From assembly GCF_006345805.1 (NCBI RefSeq), contig NC_042998.1, forward strand, positions 83,824,001-83,888,000: 64,000 nucleotides of DNA, read 5' to 3'. A program made the translations under genes and the position numbers. The notes beneath the pieces were generated by a model. The model was not told the DNA's origin. It saw only the letters and a program-made list of their open reading frames with translations, and made no database searches. Source of the DNA: Octopus sinensis. Lineage: Eukaryota. Positions 1 to 14,102 of this stretch are shown here, piece by piece (the stretch's first letter is position 1; every line of letters starts with the position of its first letter).

Positions 1-389
1 GTTGCTTTATCCCTGAGGACGATATAATCTAAATAGAAACGCCATGGTGGGATTTGGAGATTCTGGGAATACGTTGATATAACTAAAAATATTGATATTG
101 ATTAAACACTCGATCGGATACTTCTGTGTATGTGTTTTTCAATCAACGTTCTAAAATTTAAAATATATACCTTTCTTCTTTTTTTTCCACTCAATGGACA
201 GTGGATAATGCTGGGGGCACAACCATGAAGGGTTCCTGCCTAAGAAACTGACCCTAGTACTTATTTCTCAGGTTTGGTACTTATTCTGCTAAGTTACAGG
301 GACGTAAACAAACCAACACCAGATCAACATCAGTTATGAAGCGGTGGAGTGAGTGACAAAACATACACACACACATAAATATATTCTTC

Positions 390-736
390 TATTCTTTTAT
401 TTGTTTTAGTCATCTGGCTGCAGCCATGCTGGAGCACCGACTTTAGACGAAAAGTCTGCTCCAGGACTAATTCTTTGTAAGCTCGGTACTTATTCTATCG
501 GTCTCTTTTGACCGCACCGCTAAATTGAAGGGACGTAAACACACCAACACCGGTTTTCAAGTGATGGTGGGGAACAAACTCAGACACATATATATACTAT
601 GGGCTTCTTTCAGTTTCCGTCTACCAAATCCACCTACAAGGCTTTCATCGACCCGAGGCTATAGGAGACGATAGTTACCCAAGGTGTCACGCAAAGAAGT
701 GAACCCGGAATCATCTGGTTGGGAAGCAAGCTTCTT
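390..736 (-). mobile_element. tRNA-derived CORE-like SINE (family 1), body and 3' part; its head is displaced to 2837-2874
   Basis: Matches the copies at 58750-59142 and 16325-16718. The head ggcgcaggcgtggctgtgtagt resumes beyond the 2.1 kb insertion. Confidence 0.85.
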
Positions 737-2836
737 TATTTCATTATATTGGCCATAAAGGCTTTACATAGAGAAAGGAAGCTGCAGGCTGGACACAGAC
801 ATAATGTTATATGAAATGAAAAATGAAAATGATGATTAATGGGGGAAACAAGCGACGCCCGCCGATCGCTGTTTCCCGAGAACATTGATCTCTTATATAT
901 CATGAGGCAACAAACCTACACTGTTCACAATATTCAATAACAAAATGAGGCACTAAGCCTCTTACCTTTTTTCCCAAACTAGGAATTTTCAATGACACTG
1001 AGGTTTTTCAACCTCTTATCCATATTCCTCTCCAACATCATCCACGCCTCATTCAAGCACAAAGCGAGTACCGTGTCGGCGTCGCCCTGCCACAAGCGAT
1101 ATTCCTCATTAAGCTCCCCCAGCCAACGCAACACGGGCAACGTTATGACCTCCACAGCTATCTGCGGAGGCTATTCGGGATCCCGTGTACAGGCTAAAGG
1201 TACTCCCTTATGGTGCTTTTCCAACACCTACACTTCTCCGCCTCTGTAGAAGAAGACCAATAATTCGTCTTCCTCCGAGGGTGAGGTAGTCACTTCTACC
1301 GTCGGCAGCACAATTCCCACCGACGAGGTTCCGGGACACTCGGGTACTATGTCACCGACTGCCGGCAATGTCCCGTTTCTCTTCCTTTCCTCTCTTTTTT
1401 ATTAACTGATGGAAGGTGCATCTCCTCCGTGAGCAGGAGATTCGCCTCCCCTCCCTCATCCCTAGGATCCTTCGGTGAGCTCCCAGTGTTGCTAACCTTC
1501 TTCCTCTTGCGGCCCTTCTTTGAGGAGTCCTCCGCCTCATCGGCCGCCTTCATTCCCTCTTCTACAGGGGTCTCAACCAACTGCTCCAGGACCTTACTAT
1601 GTTCCTAGGGACAGTTTTTCTTTATATGACCAGGCTACAAGCACCGATGACACCTGGGGGGGGGCAGCCTCAAGAATCTCCGGGTTCCTGCACCTGGACA
1701 TTTTCAAAAAATCTGGAAAAACCAGATTCTTGGCTGATTGGGTCCACAGGATCAAAATAGCTTTTGACCCAACCCAATTAGCTGCAGGCAAAATTTTCAC
1801 ATTGAGGAGTTTGGCTCCGCTGCCACCCAGACTCCGGCGGATAGTCTCCTCTATCACCTCGGGTTCTAACCCGGGTGGCAACCCGCAGACGCAAATTCTT
1901 ATCAACTTCTTCCCACAGTACGTGAGAAGAAACAAAATCTCTTTACCCTCCAAGGGCTGGCTTGCAAATTTGCGAGCCTCCTCAGGGGTGTCAAATAGCA
2001 ACCACACCGTTGCATATTTGACCTCCCTGTAGATGAATTTAATGGCAGATACTCTGCCAACTACTTTTTAATAACAGTCTTTTGAAATAGGGCGATGGTG
2101 TCGAGCGACTTGGAGTAAGTCCTCAACACCACCGTCCTCTCTTCAAAGTCTTTCATCCACTGTTTGCGTGGGACAATTTCCCACTCCAAAACACTATCCT
2201 TTTTCTTTGCCATGTTTTTTTGTAATAAAAAGTTAAAAAACACTTCAAGATAAAAATTAAAAAAAGAGAAGGAAGAAAAAGAAAGAAATCAAAAGAAAGT
2301 CAAAACAAAAAGCACAAAAAAAGATAGAAGAAGGAAAGAAAACAGTCTACAGTTCAAAAAACACTGCAAGCAAAATTTCTTCTGGCCACTAGGTAATCCA
2401 AGTCTATTTCGTTATCCAATTCGAACCCGGAACGCCACAGCTAGAATACAGCTTCCACAATATTTGGTAAAGAAGTTGTTCTGTCTTCGGAGAATTCTCA
2501 CAATTATTTGAAAAAAAACTATTCACTTAAAGTGAACAAATTTTTGAAGGCGAGATACGCCCCTGAAACAACAATTCTCATAATTAAGTGAGAAAAACTA
2601 TTCACTTAACGTGAACAAATTTTGCCCAACTCTAGGCAGACCAGAGTCCAGAATCCAGTGAGGATTTCTTGTTTGTACAAAAATAATTACAGCAAACAAC
2701 AAACCCCCACTGGACCCAAAAAACAAAAGTCTTACCTTACAGTTGAGCTTCATTTTTAATCAATATTTCACCAGCTGTACACCAGCGTGGCTACTTCTTT
2801 CAGTGGTACGAGCAATACTTACAACAATGCATGCGC
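737..2836 (-). mobile_element. ORF1-only (gag-like, CCHC) non-LTR retroelement, copy 1, inserted in a SINE head
   Basis: Perfect 16-bp TSD gggaagcaagcttctt at 721-736 and 2837-2852. One decayed ORF runs from ATG 2213 to about 1000 (MAKKKDSVLEWEIVP..., CHRCL*PGHIKRNC knuckle after a frameshift, K/E-rich linker, C-terminal FYRGG..PPQIAVEV domain). The 3' end is gcctttatggc..aataaa. Homologous to 40286-42201. Confidence 0.85.
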
Positions 2837-3469
2837 GGGAAGCAAGCTTCTTACTACACAGCCACGCCTGCGCCAATATATAGAAACGATTGGTCTGAAC
2901 TCACTCTACCCAAGTCATTGATTGATCCGTGCAGTAGTAAAAGACACTTAACCATGGTGTTGCACAGTAGGACTGAACTAAAACGTCACGTGTTTGCAAA
3001 GCGAGATTCTCAACCTCGCAGATATCAAGTTAATAATGATATATAGAGAGAATGCCTGTCATAACAGTAACAAATATGCTAACAATTCTAAAAAGAATAT
3101 GAAGCAAATCGTACATTAAAATATTTCTTTGCATAACAACGGACGTTAGGGCATCAAACATGTCAAGGTGACATGTGACTTCATATTGCAAACTAAATAA
3201 ACAAACTCTGTACACGAATTATAAAATCCTACTTTCAACATCTGTTAAACTTCGGGAAAAACTACGATGCTCTAGGCAAAAGCCTCAGTGCTGTAGGAAG
3301 AGAGTAATATGTTGTAGTGAGACACAAAGCATGGCAGTGAATATATGGAAGGACACAAGTGAAGGATGTGGAAAAAGGTGAGAAATAGAGAATTGAGAAC
3401 CAAGAGTCTGAAACTGTAGTCCTTCAAACTTTGCACATGCTATGCTAGAATATCAGAGTAAGCGCGCGC

Positions 3470-3482
3470 ACGCGCGTGTGTG

Positions 3483-3524
<42 letters not shown>

Positions 3525-3599
3525 AGCGAGACTATGTTTACATTATAGGAAGGGTGTGAAAATTTTACACACCCATACATACATTTATATATACATACA

Positions 3600-3631
<32 letters not shown>

Positions 3632-3779
3632 CACATACATATATATATATATATACATACACACACACACACATATTTCTACTTAGCTACAGCAGGAAAG
3701 ACACGCGCGCGCACACACACACATACATACATACATACATACATACATACATACATACATACATACATACATACATACA

Positions 3780-3810
<31 letters not shown>

Positions 3811-3815
3811 GTCTG
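3470..3815. repeat. Compound microsatellite (GA)n/(TA)n/(TACA)n, representative of dozens in the window
   Basis: Read directly. Similar arrays at about 5310, 8410, 8930, 9780, 13880, 16730, 20540, 22710, 30740, 33690, 46880, 54250, 55980 and 62555. Confidence 0.97.
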
Positions 3816-4374
3816 CTTGCGTATTTGTACGCACAGAAACACCGACTTCCATATACATACGTAAACCTATGAGACAAAACTGAAGTTAAAAACCATAGAC
3901 ATAATGAAAACAATTAACAAATTGTGCGAATAATGATAATTATTAAAGGCAATTAAGATAAATGATAAAAATAATAAAACATTTTAAAATATTAAAGAAA
4001 TGTACAAAAAATTTAAGACGTTTTTCAAAATTGATAAATTGATTAATGAATGGAAATAAAATACGAAGATATAACATTTATTTTGGTGAATGTAAATGTC
4101 ATTATGATCGTGTTAGAGATGTTTTGTGACAGAATTTTTCCGATGTAAAATGTTTATATAAAATGTTCTTTGTAAATTTATTATTTCGTTAGTGATCGAG
4201 GTGTATAGTTGTAGATCTTCTGTCTGTAGTCTCTAATTGAATGTGTCTGAAAAAATACTGATCTTCATGGCGACACAAAAAATATTGACCTTCATGCAAC
4301 ACGGCGATAAATATTGACGCTCTACTTCTGCATTAATTACGTTTTCTTGTTTGTAAACTTAAATATACATCTTT

Positions 4375-4830
4375 TTATCTTTGACTTGTTTCAGCCATTG
4401 AACAGCGGCAATGCTGGAACACCGACTTTAAGGATTTAGTCGAAAAAAATCGACCCCAGTCCTTATTTTCTCTTTGATTTTTAACCTTTGTGTTTATTCT
4501 ATCGATCACTAAGGGCGAACCGCTAATATACGGAAACATAAAGAAACCAACACCAACTGTCAAGTGGTGGCGGTGACAAACACAAAGTTACACAAACAGA
4601 CATATAACATACATACATACATACATACATACATACATACATACATACATACAACATACATACATACATGTGTGTGTGTGTGTGTGTGTGTATACATGCC
4701 AAATCAACTCACAAGGCTTTAGTAGGCCCGGGACTATAGAAGACACTAGCCCAAAGTGCCACGCTGTGAGATTGAACTCAAGACCACATGGCTGTGAAGG
4801 AAGCCAGCTTCTCAACCACACAAACACACC
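4375..4830 (-). mobile_element. SINE family 1 with internal (TACA)n/(TG)n
   Basis: Motifs gtttcagccattg..gctggaacaccg, actatagaagacactagcccaaagtgccacgc. Confidence 0.75.
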
Positions 4831-5308
4831 TTATATATTGATCACTCTCAACGAATTGGTAACTGTAATTTGAGAATGTAGCAACATCCTCTCATTTATT
4901 CAGAGTAAGGTAACCCTATTCCAGCAAAGAATGTTTGTTTAAAATCCTTTGTCGGAAAAATGCAGAATCGAGACAAAAATAAGAAGCAGCAAAACTTTTA
5001 CTTTGACTACAGAAAATCTAATCTCTCAGTGACAGATAAATATGGACTTCGAACATACAAGTCCATATAAAATGCACGCTATAAGATGTTAGCAATTTTT
5101 ATTAGCATTTTTAAAAAATTAAATAATTTTATCGTATTTTTAATGAATAATGATTTTTCAAGTGATTAATGATCAATGAGAAATGATAGATATGCTTAAA
5201 GACAGAGTATACTCTACTAAAAGAAATGGCTGAACTAACCAGCAAGTACCGACATCGATGACTTTTGGGGTACTTGCACATCGATGATAATATACATATG
5301 CACAATAC

Positions 5309-5422
<114 letters not shown>

Positions 5423-7424
5423 GTCAATAAAACATATATCAGAAAAGAAGCACACACTCTAAAGAATAGAGCAGTAATTATTAAAACAAAAAGTTAAACT
5501 GTGTGTGTGTGTGTGCGTGCGTGTGTGTGTGTGCGTGTGTGTGTGAGTGTATGTGTGTGTGTGCAAACCATGATTACATGAACAACAATAATGTACCGGA
5601 CATATAACAACACTGCAAATCTGCTTTTTGTGCCCCATTTAACAAATGCTTGGCATTCGACAGACAATGTATTTCAGCAACATGGGAAATTTCAGATCCT
5701 ACACACATATTGTTAATTCTTAAGAGATTAAGATAATCTGTTTCTCTATGTTCATAAGGAAATTGAAGAAATGGAAAAGGAAATAGACCGTACGAAACAT
5801 AAAGAGGTAAAAGATTTTTAAATACAAGAAGAAATAAAGTCACGAATATATATATATGGAAAATAAAAGAGGAAAATACTTGAAAATACAAAAACTAATA
5901 TATAAAAATTAGTAAATAGAAGATACGAAAGAAGATAAAGTTTGAAAAAGAAAGTATAATATGGAAAAGATTATCAGGAAAATCATTGTATCAAGTAATA
6001 GACTATTTACGTATGAGAACGCACACACATACATACATATCTATACGCATTTATTTCACACACACAGTAAGTATAAATGTATAGAGTTTCCAAAGGTATG
6101 TTTAGCGAGATAGTGGTAATGAATTCCAGTACTTCGATAAATGAGTGTCGAAGTATCTGCGTTCTGTAACAGTTTCGGATCTTGTGTTGAAAAAGTTTGC
6201 AGGATTCTGAAGTTTTAAAATAATGAAGTATATTTTATTAGTACTTTCTATACTTGTTTTTGAATGTTCTTCATCGCTCAATGATATTTTACTTGATTTT
6301 ATGGTAAGCCACATTTTCTTTCAAATGCCAAATGTGATTAGCCAATTTCATCAGAGTTCTCTTTTAAATATGTTCAACGAGGAAGTATGCTTAAAGCACC
6401 GTTGTTTAAATTTTCTTTCAGTCATACGTCTGTAATTTTTCTGTTTACTTTAAAATTAAACTTGCCTCAAAACTGCGTTTGTATTTGTACAAGTATAGTT
6501 GGCCTAGGGTGATTTGAATGCATTACGAGTTGTAAAGTTCTTCATTTAAATTTCTTCCAATTGAATAGTTTTCAAATAACAGCCAATGAAAACATGTTTA
6601 TCAATTAAACTGAAAATTCTAAACTTAACCCTTAACACAAAAAGTAATGTAATACAGATATTTCTGTGTTTCTACTTAGTGAGGCATGGTGAGAAATCTG
6701 GGATGTATGTAAACTTATCTTTAAATCCACTACATCCTAAACGTTTGCTATAGAAGCTCCTCATCAACTTTGTCCTTACAAGATCTCAAATTAAATAACT
6801 TTCTACGAATGTTTTTAATACATATTTTTTAAAACTATAAATGAGTGACAATACCGTATGTTAATGTATGTAAATGTTTCGTTGGGTTTACTGAAAGGTT
6901 TGCATAAGTTTTTATGTCAAATTCAGGGAAACATCTCAGAAATTAGCAATGGTTAAAATAGCTGTTATGGTTGTTTTGAGACTAAAATTAGTGAATGTGT
7001 TAATGACGTTTTTGATAAAGCGCCTGAAGTATGTCATCTAGAATGCATGGAAATAAAGAATCTGTTATAACTCTATAGAACAAAGGTCGTGTTTAGTAAA
7101 TCTACGAATCGATGTCGTGCATATTTGATGCATTCCGGCAGATTCGAACGTGAATATTCTAATCGTTGTTGTGTTTCGTCGCAGGAGAACAATTCCTTAA
7201 TTCTTTTAAGACGAAACTGTGTCCATAACACACTCGATTCATTAGCGCAAGGGACTCTGGAACAATCGCTGTTTCGACATTGTTCTGTCTCATTAGCTAG
7301 AAGTACCCAGACTAATGAATGTAACACGAGTCGAAGTTCTTGCTTATAACATCAGAAAAAAATTGCTTTCTGAACTGCACAGATATATGCCAACCGATAA
7401 TAAATCGTTATATATACAGTAAGA

Positions 7425-7620
7425 AGCAGGAATTAGCACGTGGGCGAAATGTTTAGCGGCATTTCGTTCGTGTTTACGTTTTGAGTTCAAATTCCGCCAA
7501 GGTTGACTTTGCCGTTCATCTATTCGGAGTCAATAAAATAAGTACCACTTGAACACCGGGGTCGATGCAATCGACTCATCCCTTCCCACGAACTTGCTGA
7601 TCTTGTACCAAAATTTGAAA
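7425..7620 (+). mobile_element. SINE family 2, diverged
   Basis: gagttcaaattccgccaaggttgactttgccgttcatc..aagtacc core. Confidence 0.7.
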
Positions 7621-8171
7621 TCCATATGTTCCAGCGAGTTGAAAGTCTACAATAAAAAATCCCTAAAGAACCGATATCTTCGAATTGTACTATATTCTCA
7701 TACTAAACTCGCAAAAAAACCGTTGAGCCTGAATTCCTTTCACCAATGAAGAATCTTTGTAAATGCATGATAATCTATATTTCATTATCTTAAATCTTTG
7801 CGAATTCCAAGATGTTTATGAGTGGGATATTACTTAGTGAAGTACAAAAATTGACAAGATCTAATTAGATAAATTTCAAATTGATTATATTATTAAACTG
7901 TTGAACCAGCTGAACAATGCCATTATATATCACGATGAATGCAACATGATGTCTGCATATATTTTATGGAAATATCGCAAGTTATGTTGAACAAGTAAAC
8001 TGAAGAATGTGTAACTTTTGCTAAGTCGCGCAATAAATTTTGAATAGCTTACATATTCTATAAATTTTTTACTTCATACGTACATACACACACAGACGCA
8101 CACAAACATATATATATATATATATATACATGCATGCATAAATGCATGCATGTATGTACTCATACATACGT

Positions 8172-8207
<36 letters not shown>

Positions 8208-8415
8208 TCATGCAAGCAATATATATACATTGATACTATATATATATACATATATATATATAAAGAGAGGGAGAGAGGGAGAGGGGGACCTTTTGTTGCC
8301 TAAATAGATGTTCTCAGCATCTGCACACGAAAATTCGAACAAAGGAATGTAATGAATCCTTATACATAGAATTCCTAGAAATGTAAAATCTCAGTTGAAT
8401 ATAACACTATATATA

Positions 8416-8451
<36 letters not shown>

Positions 8452-8511
8452 TGTATGTATGTATGTATGTATGTATTATGTATGTATGCATGTATGTATG
8501 TACATATGTAC

Positions 8512-8569
<58 letters not shown>

Positions 8570-8822
8570 CACGTGTTTCACTAACGTATAGTAATATGTT
8601 ATGCAGTAATCGTTGCATAACGGCTTGTATATAAATATATATGTGTGTGTATGTATAGCTCAAATTTTCAGAAGACAAAAGACGAAGAAAGGTATGAGAA
8701 CAACAAGCTGGTGTATTATTTATATATATGTATAGTTAACCCAAACATGAAAACACAACAACGCGAGGACGTGGAACAAGTATAGTATTATTGAACGCTC
8801 AGGAAAGAATGAAGGAAGGAGG

Positions 8823-8857
8823 GTTTAACGTTTCGAGCGGAGCTCTTCGTCAGAAAC
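8823..8857 (-). ncRNA. Minimal hammerhead motif in a Penelope-type terminal repeat (element ~8690-8925; related copies at ~37660-37840 and ~38650-38830)
   Basis: GTTT-CTGACGA-A-GAGC-tcc-GCTC-GAA-ACGT-T|AAAC. Confidence 0.55.
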
Positions 8858-8925
8858 ATAGGAAAAGGATAGATCCAAAGAAGAGAAGCCGGAGGAAAAA
8901 AATCGCCAACAGTACACACGCGGTC

Positions 8926-8989
<64 letters not shown>

Positions 8990-9779
8990 TGTATGCGTGC
9001 GTTTGTGTGTGTGTATGTATGTATCAATGTGTATATGTGTGTATGTATGTGTGCATGCTTGTATATATGTATGCATGTATGTATGTGTGCATGCATGTAT
9101 ATATGTATGTATGTACATATGTGTGCATGCATATATGTATGTATTATGTATGTATGTGTGCATGCTTGTATATATGTATGCATGCATGTATGTATGTGTG
9201 CATGCATGTATATATGTATGTATGTACATATGTGTGCATGCATATATGTATGTATGTATGTATGCATGTATGTGTGTGTGTGTGTATATATGTATGTATA
9301 TCATTACAAAGTTACCAAATATACTTTGTATTTGTACATAACGAAAGAAGTATGCATTGATTCAAAGCTAATTCACCTGGCAAATGAAGATAAAACAAAA
9401 AGCAGAAAATGAAAGTGTAGAAGAGAAATTGAAAGAGATAAAAAACAGGACGATGATAATGAAACATGTATATCAAGTTATAGATAGATAAAAGAATTGA
9501 ACCCATAAACCATTAAAAGTGACTGACGTCAAGTAATCAACATCTTATACAATCGACCCTTATTATCTTTTGTCTCTTATTGGCTTCCGTCATTGGACTG
9601 CGGCCATGCTGGGACACTACGTTGTAGGGTCTGGTCTATGAAATCAACACCAGTACATACTTTTAAGTTAGGTACTTATTTTGACGATGCTGTTTTACGA
9701 ACGGCTAACTTACGCGAACAAACCAACCCCGGTTGTCAACGGTGGTGGCAGACAAACATGCATACACACACACGCGCAT

Positions 9780-9947
<168 letters not shown>

Positions 9948-10744
9948 TTTCATATTTTAAGAAATAAATGAAAAATATATTTAACAGTATTATTGAGTTA
10001 TTAAATGACTTATGCGGCTCTTTTACAATGTAATTACCTCATTTTCAACGTACAACCTTACCTCAAGTCACTCGTCACATTAGTACAATTCCACTGTATA
10101 TATGTGTGTGTATATATATATCTGTGTGTGTGTGTGTGTGTGTGACTATATGTAAGCACGTCATGACTTATAAGTTAGTATAATGCAGTTGAATAAGGTA
10201 ACGTAATTAATTCTCATAGAAGTCATAGAAATATAAAATCTGAATTGAATAGAAAACGTAATCCAATGTAGCAGAAAGATAGTGTCGTTGTTGGTTTTTG
10301 AAGAAATTTACTGTAACAACTTAACAGAGTAATTAACTACTTTATCAAATTAAGTACATTTAGCAAAAGATATAATTAATCGTATATAGAATATTGCATA
10401 GGTGTGTATCTAATAAGAATAATAAGAAGTAATTGTAACTCTGGTAGCAGGGAAAATTACATGATGCCTTGCTTTTAAAAAGTTTTCGTCGATTATATTT
10501 TGGTTTGTTCATAGCTAGTTTGTCAACTCCATGATTAACTAAGTTCTATTGTTGAATACTAACAGCAGTGCAACTCTATGTTTGTGGGAGACTATTCTCT
10601 TAGATGAAATTACAAAATAGTGGGTTCAAATCTTACTGTGAATTTTGTTTAAAGAGATTATTTGCGCTAGATACAGATTGTTGAATCCTATAACTGAATG
10701 GTTTGTTCGGTCATCGCTAAATAATTTGTCTTCATGTAATATTA

Positions 10745-11990
10745 TCACATCATCATCATTTGGTGTCATCTTGCTCTCAGTAGGTTGAATATCAAGGATC
10801 TTCATTCAGGTCTTTGCTCAGCCATTCTTACACATTCACCATATAACAGTTGAGTCCAGTATTTGATGTTATCAAACCAGTTTGTTCTGGGTCTTCCTCA
10901 CCAGCTTTTGCCATTTATGTTTCCATCTATCAATAGCAGTATACCTTGAGCACTTTCTATGTAACCAAAGTATTTTAGTTTCTTTTTTTAATGATCTTTT
11001 TGTATATGCTAGTAGTAGCACTTTATCAGTTTTATATTTTGTTCAAGATATTCGTATGACCACATTTCAATTTCTTCTAGTTGATCAGATAGTTTTCGTC
11101 AATATCCATGTTTTTGCACCATACAACTATGTAGACCATATGTAATATTTACACAGCCGTTTTGTTATCTGTAAATTCTTTCTGGTCCTGTTAAGGCGGC
11201 GAGCTGGCAGAATCGTTAGCACGCCAGGCGAAATGCTTAGTGGTATTTCGTCTGCCGTTCAAATTCCGCCGAGGTCGACTTTGCCTTTCATCTTTTCGGG
11301 GTCGATTAAATAAGTACCAGTTACGCACTGGGGTCGATATAATCGACTTAATCCGTTTGTCTGTCCTTGTTTGTCCTCTCTGTGTTTATCCCCTTGTGGG
11401 TAGTAAAGAAATAGGTATTTCGTCTGCCGCTACGTTCTGAGTTCAAATTCCGCCGAGGTCGACTTTGCCTTTCATCCTTTCGGGGTCGATAAATTAAGTA
11501 CCGGTTGCGTACTGGGGTCGATTTAATCGACTGGCTTCCTCCCCCAAAATTTTGGGCCTTGTGCCTAGAGTAGAAAAGAATATAAGGCGGTGAGCTGGCA
11601 GAAACGTTAGCACGTCAGACGAAATGCTTAGCGGTATTTCGTCTGTCTTTATGTTCTGAGTTCAAATTCCACCGAGGTCGACTTTGCCTTTCAACCTTTC
11701 GGGGTCGATAAATTAAGTACCAGTTACGCACTGGGGTCGATCTAAACAACTGGCCCCCTCCCCAAAAATTTCGGGCCTTGTGCCTAGAGTAGAAAAGTAT
11801 ATTCCTACTTGTCTCTATATTCTCTTCAAGCTATTTATATACCAAGTGAAGTAGGGTCTGAACTTAAGCACTACAAACTAATGCAACACTCAAGCTTATA
11901 GTTCTTCCGGAGTTCACATCGGTGAATTGCTGCTATACTCCAGTATTTATCTTTGACAATGTAGAGAGTGCAAATCGTCAGTCAAATGAA
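10745..11990 (-). mobile_element. Degraded RTE-like LINE 3' fragment, interrupted by the SINE cluster
   Basis: Minus-strand LYGAKTW-like and GRPRT.W-like remnants, with a (GAT)n tail near 10750. Confidence 0.5.
11193..11798 (+). mobile_element. Tandem cluster of three Meta-domain-like SINE units (family 2)
   Basis: Head aaggcggcgagctggcagaatcgttagcacgcc. The core gttcaaattccgccgaggtcgactttgcctttcatcctttcggggtcgat..aagtacc is repeated three times. The two alternative tails are ..gtaaagaaata and ..gcctagagtagaaaag. Confidence 0.85.
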
Positions 11991-12739
11991 AAGGATACAA
12001 GGACAACTTAAGAGATATGAAACAAGAAGCGAACCTCGAAATCCAACTCTGGATCTCTAATATATTCTATCAACACAAATCTGCCCTCATACGAAGATGA
12101 CAAAGTTTAAAGTAGGTCACACAATTTCCTGAAGATTGTTTTCTATTTCCTAACCAAAGACGAGAAGCCAGAGACTTTTCTCGGGTCCTCTGTGATGAAG
12201 CTGATATTCCGCTTGAACATGTGTAGTCTGAAGTCTTCAGAAAGAACTATACGAAAAGAGGAAGATCCAAAGAGTTGGAATTCCAGACCATGAGTATTTA
12301 AACAACTTGCTTAGAATGGAGCATTTATAAAAGATGGTTAGAGATGCAGTAGTATTTAACGAAAGGAGGGAAAGTGTGTACGTCGGAGAGGCATGTTTGG
12401 AGGGTGTATACAGCCAGTTGTTTATTGAGAAGAGTGAAGGCGTGTGGCTTAGTAATTAGAGTAATCGGCTCACGATCCTATGTTCAATTCTCGGCGACGC
12501 GTTGTATCCTAGATCAAGACAAGAAGTAAAGTGAGTACAAGAAGTAAAGCTTCCTTCAAGGCAAAGCTAGAAATGTAAGTGTCAAGTAAGTGAGAGGTTT
12601 TAAACAGGAACGATATATTCAAAATTGGTAAAACTAAAAATTGTCGAGGATAAATTAAATTTTTTATTGTTATTGAATGTGTAAGTGTTATTTAATTTCT
12701 AAACGGTTTTGCTGCCGTTTGTATATGTAGTTTGATTTC

Positions 12740-13085
12740 TTTATCCATCAGTTTCTACTAAGATAGAAACGCGAGTGAAATTAATAATAGAGAAACGAAA
12801 ATGAAACTTTGGAAACAGTAACGACGCCATAATTTACGAGGAAACTATGAGAGTGGTTTCAAGGGAGATAATCAGAGATTGTAATACTTCATGTAAAGTA
12901 AATATAAAAAATAATCTAGAACCCTTGTCCGGTACCGGATCGATCTCAAAATCTAATTAGTTCGTGCCAGTCACGTGGCCAAACAACTCCGAAAGTTTAA
13001 TCTGAATCCATCTTATCTACGGACAAGCAAACAAACAAACACGACTAAAAACAGTACCTCCGCCTTCGCTAAGGTGGAGGTAATA
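12740..13085 (+). mobile_element. Helentron/HINE-like non-autonomous element end
   Basis: 3' hairpin tacctccgcctt-cgct-aaggtggaggta at 13055-13082, preceded by (AAAC)n. The 5' boundary is uncertain. Confidence 0.45.
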
Positions 13086-13129
13086 ATAATAATAGTTAAG
13101 CGTAAAGAAGAAATGAATAAGTTCGTTAC

Positions 13130-13443
13130 CCGCTGATATCGCTGTATATCACTCCAGATCTCGACGCTACTGGAAGTTTCGACAGTATTTAAGTCAACGT
13201 TAACTTCTCCCAGGATGCTGTGTCGAGAAAACTTGTCGTAGTTAAAGACTTGAAATATCAGAGATTTGTCTTGTAAGTCTTCGTAAGGAATTGGAAATTT
13301 GAAAAACTCATTGAAAAATGGATTCAAAGTCCGACGTTGGACTGATGATTGTCGACGCCTTTCGTCTACTTCTGGGTAAAGAAACAATTTGATATAAGGG
13401 TCGCTAAATCCGGAGGTTGAATCTGGGCACATGAGGTCATGGA
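13130..13443 (-). CDS. Syt: Synaptotagmin-family gene, coding exon (core of C2A; resembles the invertebrate Syt-beta type): (V)HDLMCPDSTSGFSDPYIKLFLYPEVDERRRQSSVQRRTLNPFFNEFFKFPIPYEDLQDKSLIFQVFNYDKFSRHSILGEVNVDLNTVETSSSVEIWSDIQRYQR
   Basis: Polypyrimidine tract plus tttgcag|TC acceptor, and donor CGG|gtaacg. C2 motifs SDPYIKL, TLNPFFNEFF.F and YDKFSRH..LGEV are present. In frame with the upstream exon. The Syt-beta assignment is from memory of the family, not a search. Confidence 0.93.
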
Positions 13444-13871
13444 CTGCAAATAGAAAGAGTGAGAGAGAAAGCCATCATAATTCGTAAAATGTAAAATAAT
13501 AATTTCATATTGACTACATACATTCACATACATACACACTTACAAACATCTCTACAAACACGTGCATACACATAGCTAAATATATATGTACACACACATA
13601 TATATATATACATATATATATATACATATATAGGTATACATGCATAGGAACATACATCTATGTGTGTGTATATGTGTGTGTGTGTGCGTGTGTGCGTGTG
13701 TAAGAAATTAACAAGACGCAAGTTGTTGATATTTCGATTAATTTGTACTCATTAAGATTGTTTCAACGATCGATAATCAAGATTAATAAATAATTACAAA
13801 GTATAGTCGATTAGACCGATCACAGGTCACATCTTCGCTCAGTGCTCATACACATACACATTGTGCGTGTA

Positions 13872-13928
<57 letters not shown>

Positions 13929-14042
13929 ATATATGATTGCACAACCGATTTCATCGAATGAATTACTGGATAGTTTCACATTATTGCCCTCATATTCCAT
14001 AAGAATTGCAGAGTATATATGTGTGTGAGTGTATGCGCGCAC

Positions 14043-14102
<60 letters not shown>

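Noticed and set aside
737-2836. ORF1-only element as a processed pseudogene of a host zinc-knuckle gene
   Set aside because: Multiple divergent copies, the shared precise target site, TSDs and conserved 3' signals fit a transposon family better, although a host-gene origin of the ORF is not excluded.
10060-10095. Candidate small minus-strand exon (tatacag|TGG...GAG|gtaagg) downstream of the C2A exon
   Set aside because: It is 32 nt, has a weak acceptor, and the peptide (WNCTNVTSDL) does not resemble the expected C2B start. I could not find a C2B exon in 1-13129.
11193-11798. Regularly repeated units resembling a CRISPR or tRNA array
   Set aside because: Eukaryotic context; the units are SINE monomers found dispersed through the window, with no unique spacers or complete cloverleaf.
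13013-13129. C-terminal extension of the 13013-13432 ORF (VTNLFISS...)
   Set aside because: It is read-through past the GT donor into intron and repeat sequence.
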